Part shown: positions 60,768 to 64,000 of the stretch, piece after piece | Layout of the letters: the number at the start of each line of letters is the position of its first letter | Position numbering within the stretch: the first letter of the stretch is position 1 | NCBI GenBank assembly: GCA_036785375.1 | Contig: JAWMAR010000399.1 | Span: 806,001 to 870,000, forward strand | DNA: 64,000 nucleotides | DNA from: Leucoraja ocellata | Taxonomy: Eukaryota | Direction: 5' to 3' | Program-made: the position numbers and the translations under genes | Notes under the pieces: generated by a model | Told to the model about the DNA's origin: nothing | Databases searched by the model: none | The model's input: only the letters and a program-made list of their open reading frames with translations

Positions 60768-61279
60768 CTGTGGGAAACAGGGAAGAGAAAATAGACGTCT
60801 ATTTAAATGTCCAAATCCATGAAAATAATCAGACCATTGATTCTTACATCTTATTAACTGTCATGTTGCATTTCCCCCCAGTAATTTGGTTTACTACCAT
60901 TAGTTCCCTTCACTTCTTTGCCTTACAAGTGGTGGGTTTGCGCAGTTTTGCTTCAATATTTGACTGAAGCTTGCCCCCTCTGTGTCCAGTCCTCTGCCAA
61001 CTGGATTGAGATCTCTCCTACAGCATCAGTAAAGATATTGGACACATTCAGGTTTCAGGTACAACGCAACATGATGTATAGGTCCCACCTTCACTGGAGA
61101 TGCTCTGAATGAGCCAAAACTGCCTCCATCCTACACCATCCTGTCAGCCGTGCTTTTATCTGACCCTTCTTCCTGTTCCTACACTCTGGAGTGCATCATA
61201 CTCTTTATTCACTGCACAATATTAGGAGCCCTGTCTTTAATCTATGCCTGATTCCCTAAATTCATATTCCAGAACCTGG

Positions 61280-61540
61280 TTATAACCATACAACCATATA
61301 ACAATTACAGCACGGAAACAGGCCATCTCGGCCCTACAAGTACGTGCCGACAAATTATGTTCCCTTAGTCCCACTTGCCTGCACTCATACCATAACCCTC
61401 CATTCCCTTCTCATCCATATGCCTATCCAATTTATTTTTAAATGATACCAACGAACCTGCCTCCACCACTTCCACTGGAAGCTCATTTCACAACACTACC
61501 ACTCTCTGAGTAAAGAAGTTCCCCCTCATATTACCCCTAA
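61280..61540 (-). mobile_element. CR1 3' end, same subfamily as 38144-39580
   Basis: aaccatataacaattacagcacggaaacaggccatctcg is the reverse complement of that element's terminus. Confidence 0.85.
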
Positions 61541-62634
61541 ATTCGTTTATCTACCCATGCTATCTAAATTTGTTTATCTACCCATGCTATCTATCAAAGT
61601 GTTCAATGACTACTGATGTTTACTTTCCCCCTTTCAGAATGTCCCTCCTCTGACATCCATCACTCTGGCAACAGGGAGGTAATTTATCATTTGAGTCCTA
61701 TGTGTAGCTGCAGAAACACCATCTCCATCCTTACAGTTGAGTCTCTGAGCTGTAAACTCACTGGGGTACCATTCCTATGTTCCTTATAAGATGCCTGACC
61801 CAAATTGTCACCTATCCATGCTGTCCATGGATGCTGACTGACCCACTGAGTTACTCAAGCACTTTTTGTCTTTTTTATCAACCAGCATTTATTGTTTCTC
61901 CATCTTCCTCATAAACTCACTGTGATCCCATTCTTAGGCTCATTATGAATTGACTTTATGAATATTCCAACACTTGACCAGGGCCTTGTTCCCAGGCTTT
62001 TCATAAACTCCTTGGTTTTGTTTCCTCTATTCTCTTTAAATTCTCCTGGCACATGTGTGATATTACTGTGTTCCAGGTAAGAAAAAGTGAATGAAACATT
62101 TCTTGGGCTACTAACGGGAGTAACATCCAAGACTCTGGAGAATCTGCTTATTGAGCACCGACAAACTCTCTGTGCTGGTTTATCAGAGCTTCACTGTGCA
62201 CCAGATAAATGTTGCACTCTCAAAGAAGTTCAATAACATTTTCAAACACCATTTTCTTTTCATAAAACCACAGGCACAGCAGTAGAGTTACTGCCTCACA
62301 GCGTCAGAGGTCCGGTGACGTTTTGGGTCGAGACCCTTCATCAGGCATGGTCACGGGAGAGGAAATGGGAGAGATATCGATGATGATGTAGCGAGATAAA
62401 GAACAATAAATGAAAGATATGCAAAAAAGTAACGATAATAAAGGAAACAGGTGATTGTTAGCTGTTTGCTTGGTGAGAACGAGAAGCTGGTGCGACGTGG
62501 GTGGGGGAGGGATAGAGTGAGAGGGAATGTAGGGGTTACTTGAGGTTGGAGAAATCAATATTGATACTACTGAGTTATAAGCTGCCCAAGCAAAATATTT
62601 ATGATAACTGGTTTCCAAGAAGTAAAATGCATAC

Positions 62635-62733
62635 CTTGAGGATTATCGGTGGCCTGTTTGGCAGTTCAATTATACATGAAACCTGGGTACAATTTCCACA
62701 ACATTGTCCTTCCTGCTTCTTATATTCATAGCC
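62635..62733 (-). CDS. Mucin exon (VWC-like)
   Basis: cccacag|GGC..AAG|gtatgc, 99 nt; GYEYKKQEGQCCGNCTQVSCIIELPNRPPIILK. Confidence 0.92.
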
Positions 62734-62814
62734 CTGTGGGGAAGATGTCAATAATTAGTCCCATTTCATTGACTATAAATGGAGTAATGAGTGATTAGTG
62801 GGATAGATGGTTAC

Positions 62815-62937
62815 CTGTGAACACTGAGTATCACACCTAATGGGTGTGCATGCAATGGCATGGAGCTTGGTTAATGGATCCACTTCGTCAGTACAGTTGC
62901 AATCCTTGCATGTGTTCTGTGGTACAGTCATTCCCGG
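62815..62937 (-). CDS. Mucin exon (VWC-like); gene continues beyond the window
   Basis: tttcag|CCG..CAG|gtaacc, 123 nt; PGMTVPQNTCKDCNCTDEVDPLTKLHAIACTPIRCDTQCSQ. Confidence 0.92.
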
Positions 62938-63727
62938 CTGAAACACAAGTAAAGTTTGAGTTGAGATGTGGTTTAAATTTGTGCTGGGTTTTTAATACAA
63001 TGGAATGAAACAGTTGGATTTCATACAGTGAAGAAGATAAAACTCTGGAGTTTTATGGTTTTATGCAGCAAATTCCCAGAACCATTGACGTACAAACTCG
63101 GCCCAGGATTTTGCCATTTCCCCTTCTCTAAAATTCAAAGTAATCGTGGCTAATTAATTCGAAGCCTCAACACCTTCCCATCTATCCACTTCCTTTCGTA
63201 TTGAGAATCTTGTGTTACCATGACACTAGCTACCTCTACCTTAAAAATAATCAGGCTGGTTCCACCTACCTTTGAGGAAGAGAATTCGGTGAATGACTCC
63301 ACATTGTTAAACATAAATCCTCATTTCCCTCTTCAGAAGAAACATCTCCTCCCAACACGCACCCTCTCAAGAACACCCAGGCTCTGATCTGTTTCAGTCA
63401 AGCTCCCTCTCACTTCAAAACCCACCAGATACTAGCCCAACCTCCACCCTTTCATCATACAGCAACCCATTCATTTCAGATATTAACCTCGGATTGTTTC
63501 CAGTGCAGTGTCATCTTTCCTTATATTTGGAGACTGATGATGTACACCCTGTCTAGATGTGACCTCACTAAAGCCCAGAGGAGCTGAACTACATTTTTCC
63601 TACTTTCATTTTCCTGGCGATAAAGGACAATATAATATTAGCTTCCCTCAATCCTCTGCATATTCCTAGCACAACTGGGTCTTGTTGCATTTCAGAACTC
63701 TGCAATATTTCTCTATTTAAATAATAG

Positions 63728-64000
63728 GTTTAGTCTAGTTCAGCTTAGAGATGCAGCATGGAAACAGGCCCTTCAGCCCACTGAGCCTGTGTTGACCCAC
63801 GATCCCCATACATCATGATATATCCTACACATATTAAGGATAATTTACAATTTTACCAGCCAATTTTAGCCTACAAACCTGTACATCTTTGGAGTGTGGA
63901 GGAAACTGGAGCACCCGGAGAAAACCCACGAGGACACGGGGAGAATGGACAAAATCTGTACATGCAGCACCCGTAGTCAGAATTGAACCTGTGTCATTGG
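63728..64000 (-). mobile_element. tRNA-derived SINE (truncated by window end)
   Basis: Reverse complement of the 2995-3295 family. Confidence 0.75.

Noticed and set aside
63250-63350. Further upstream mucin exon
   Set aside because: The donor-like site lies in a degraded CR1 3' fragment and no Cys-rich frame was found.

Overview
Vertebrate genomic DNA; the repeat complement (tRNA-headed SINEs, CR1, Penelope-like and Rex1/Babar-like elements) suggests a cartilaginous fish, probably a skate or ray (inference). 1-33.3 kb holds the 3' two-thirds of a cardiac-type myosin-binding protein C gene (MYBPC3, + strand). It has 17 coding exons covering domains C3-C10, a stop exon followed by a 3'-UTR intron, and a poly(A) signal. 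56.9-63 kb holds the last six coding exons of a gel-forming mucin (VWC-like Cys-rich region plus an 11-Cys cystine knot, - strand), converging tail-to-tail with MYBPC3. Introns and the intergenic interval are full of transposons: CR1, Penelope-like, Rex1-like, Tx1-like, Gypsy, Harbinger/hAT/P-type/ISL2EU MITEs, a Helitron and SINEs. The least explained feature is a decayed head-to-tail array of about six copies of an unrecognised ~1.5-2 kb unit at 42.6-55.7 kb. All calls were made by eye; exon boundaries were checked for GT-AG and phase, and repeat boundaries are approximate.
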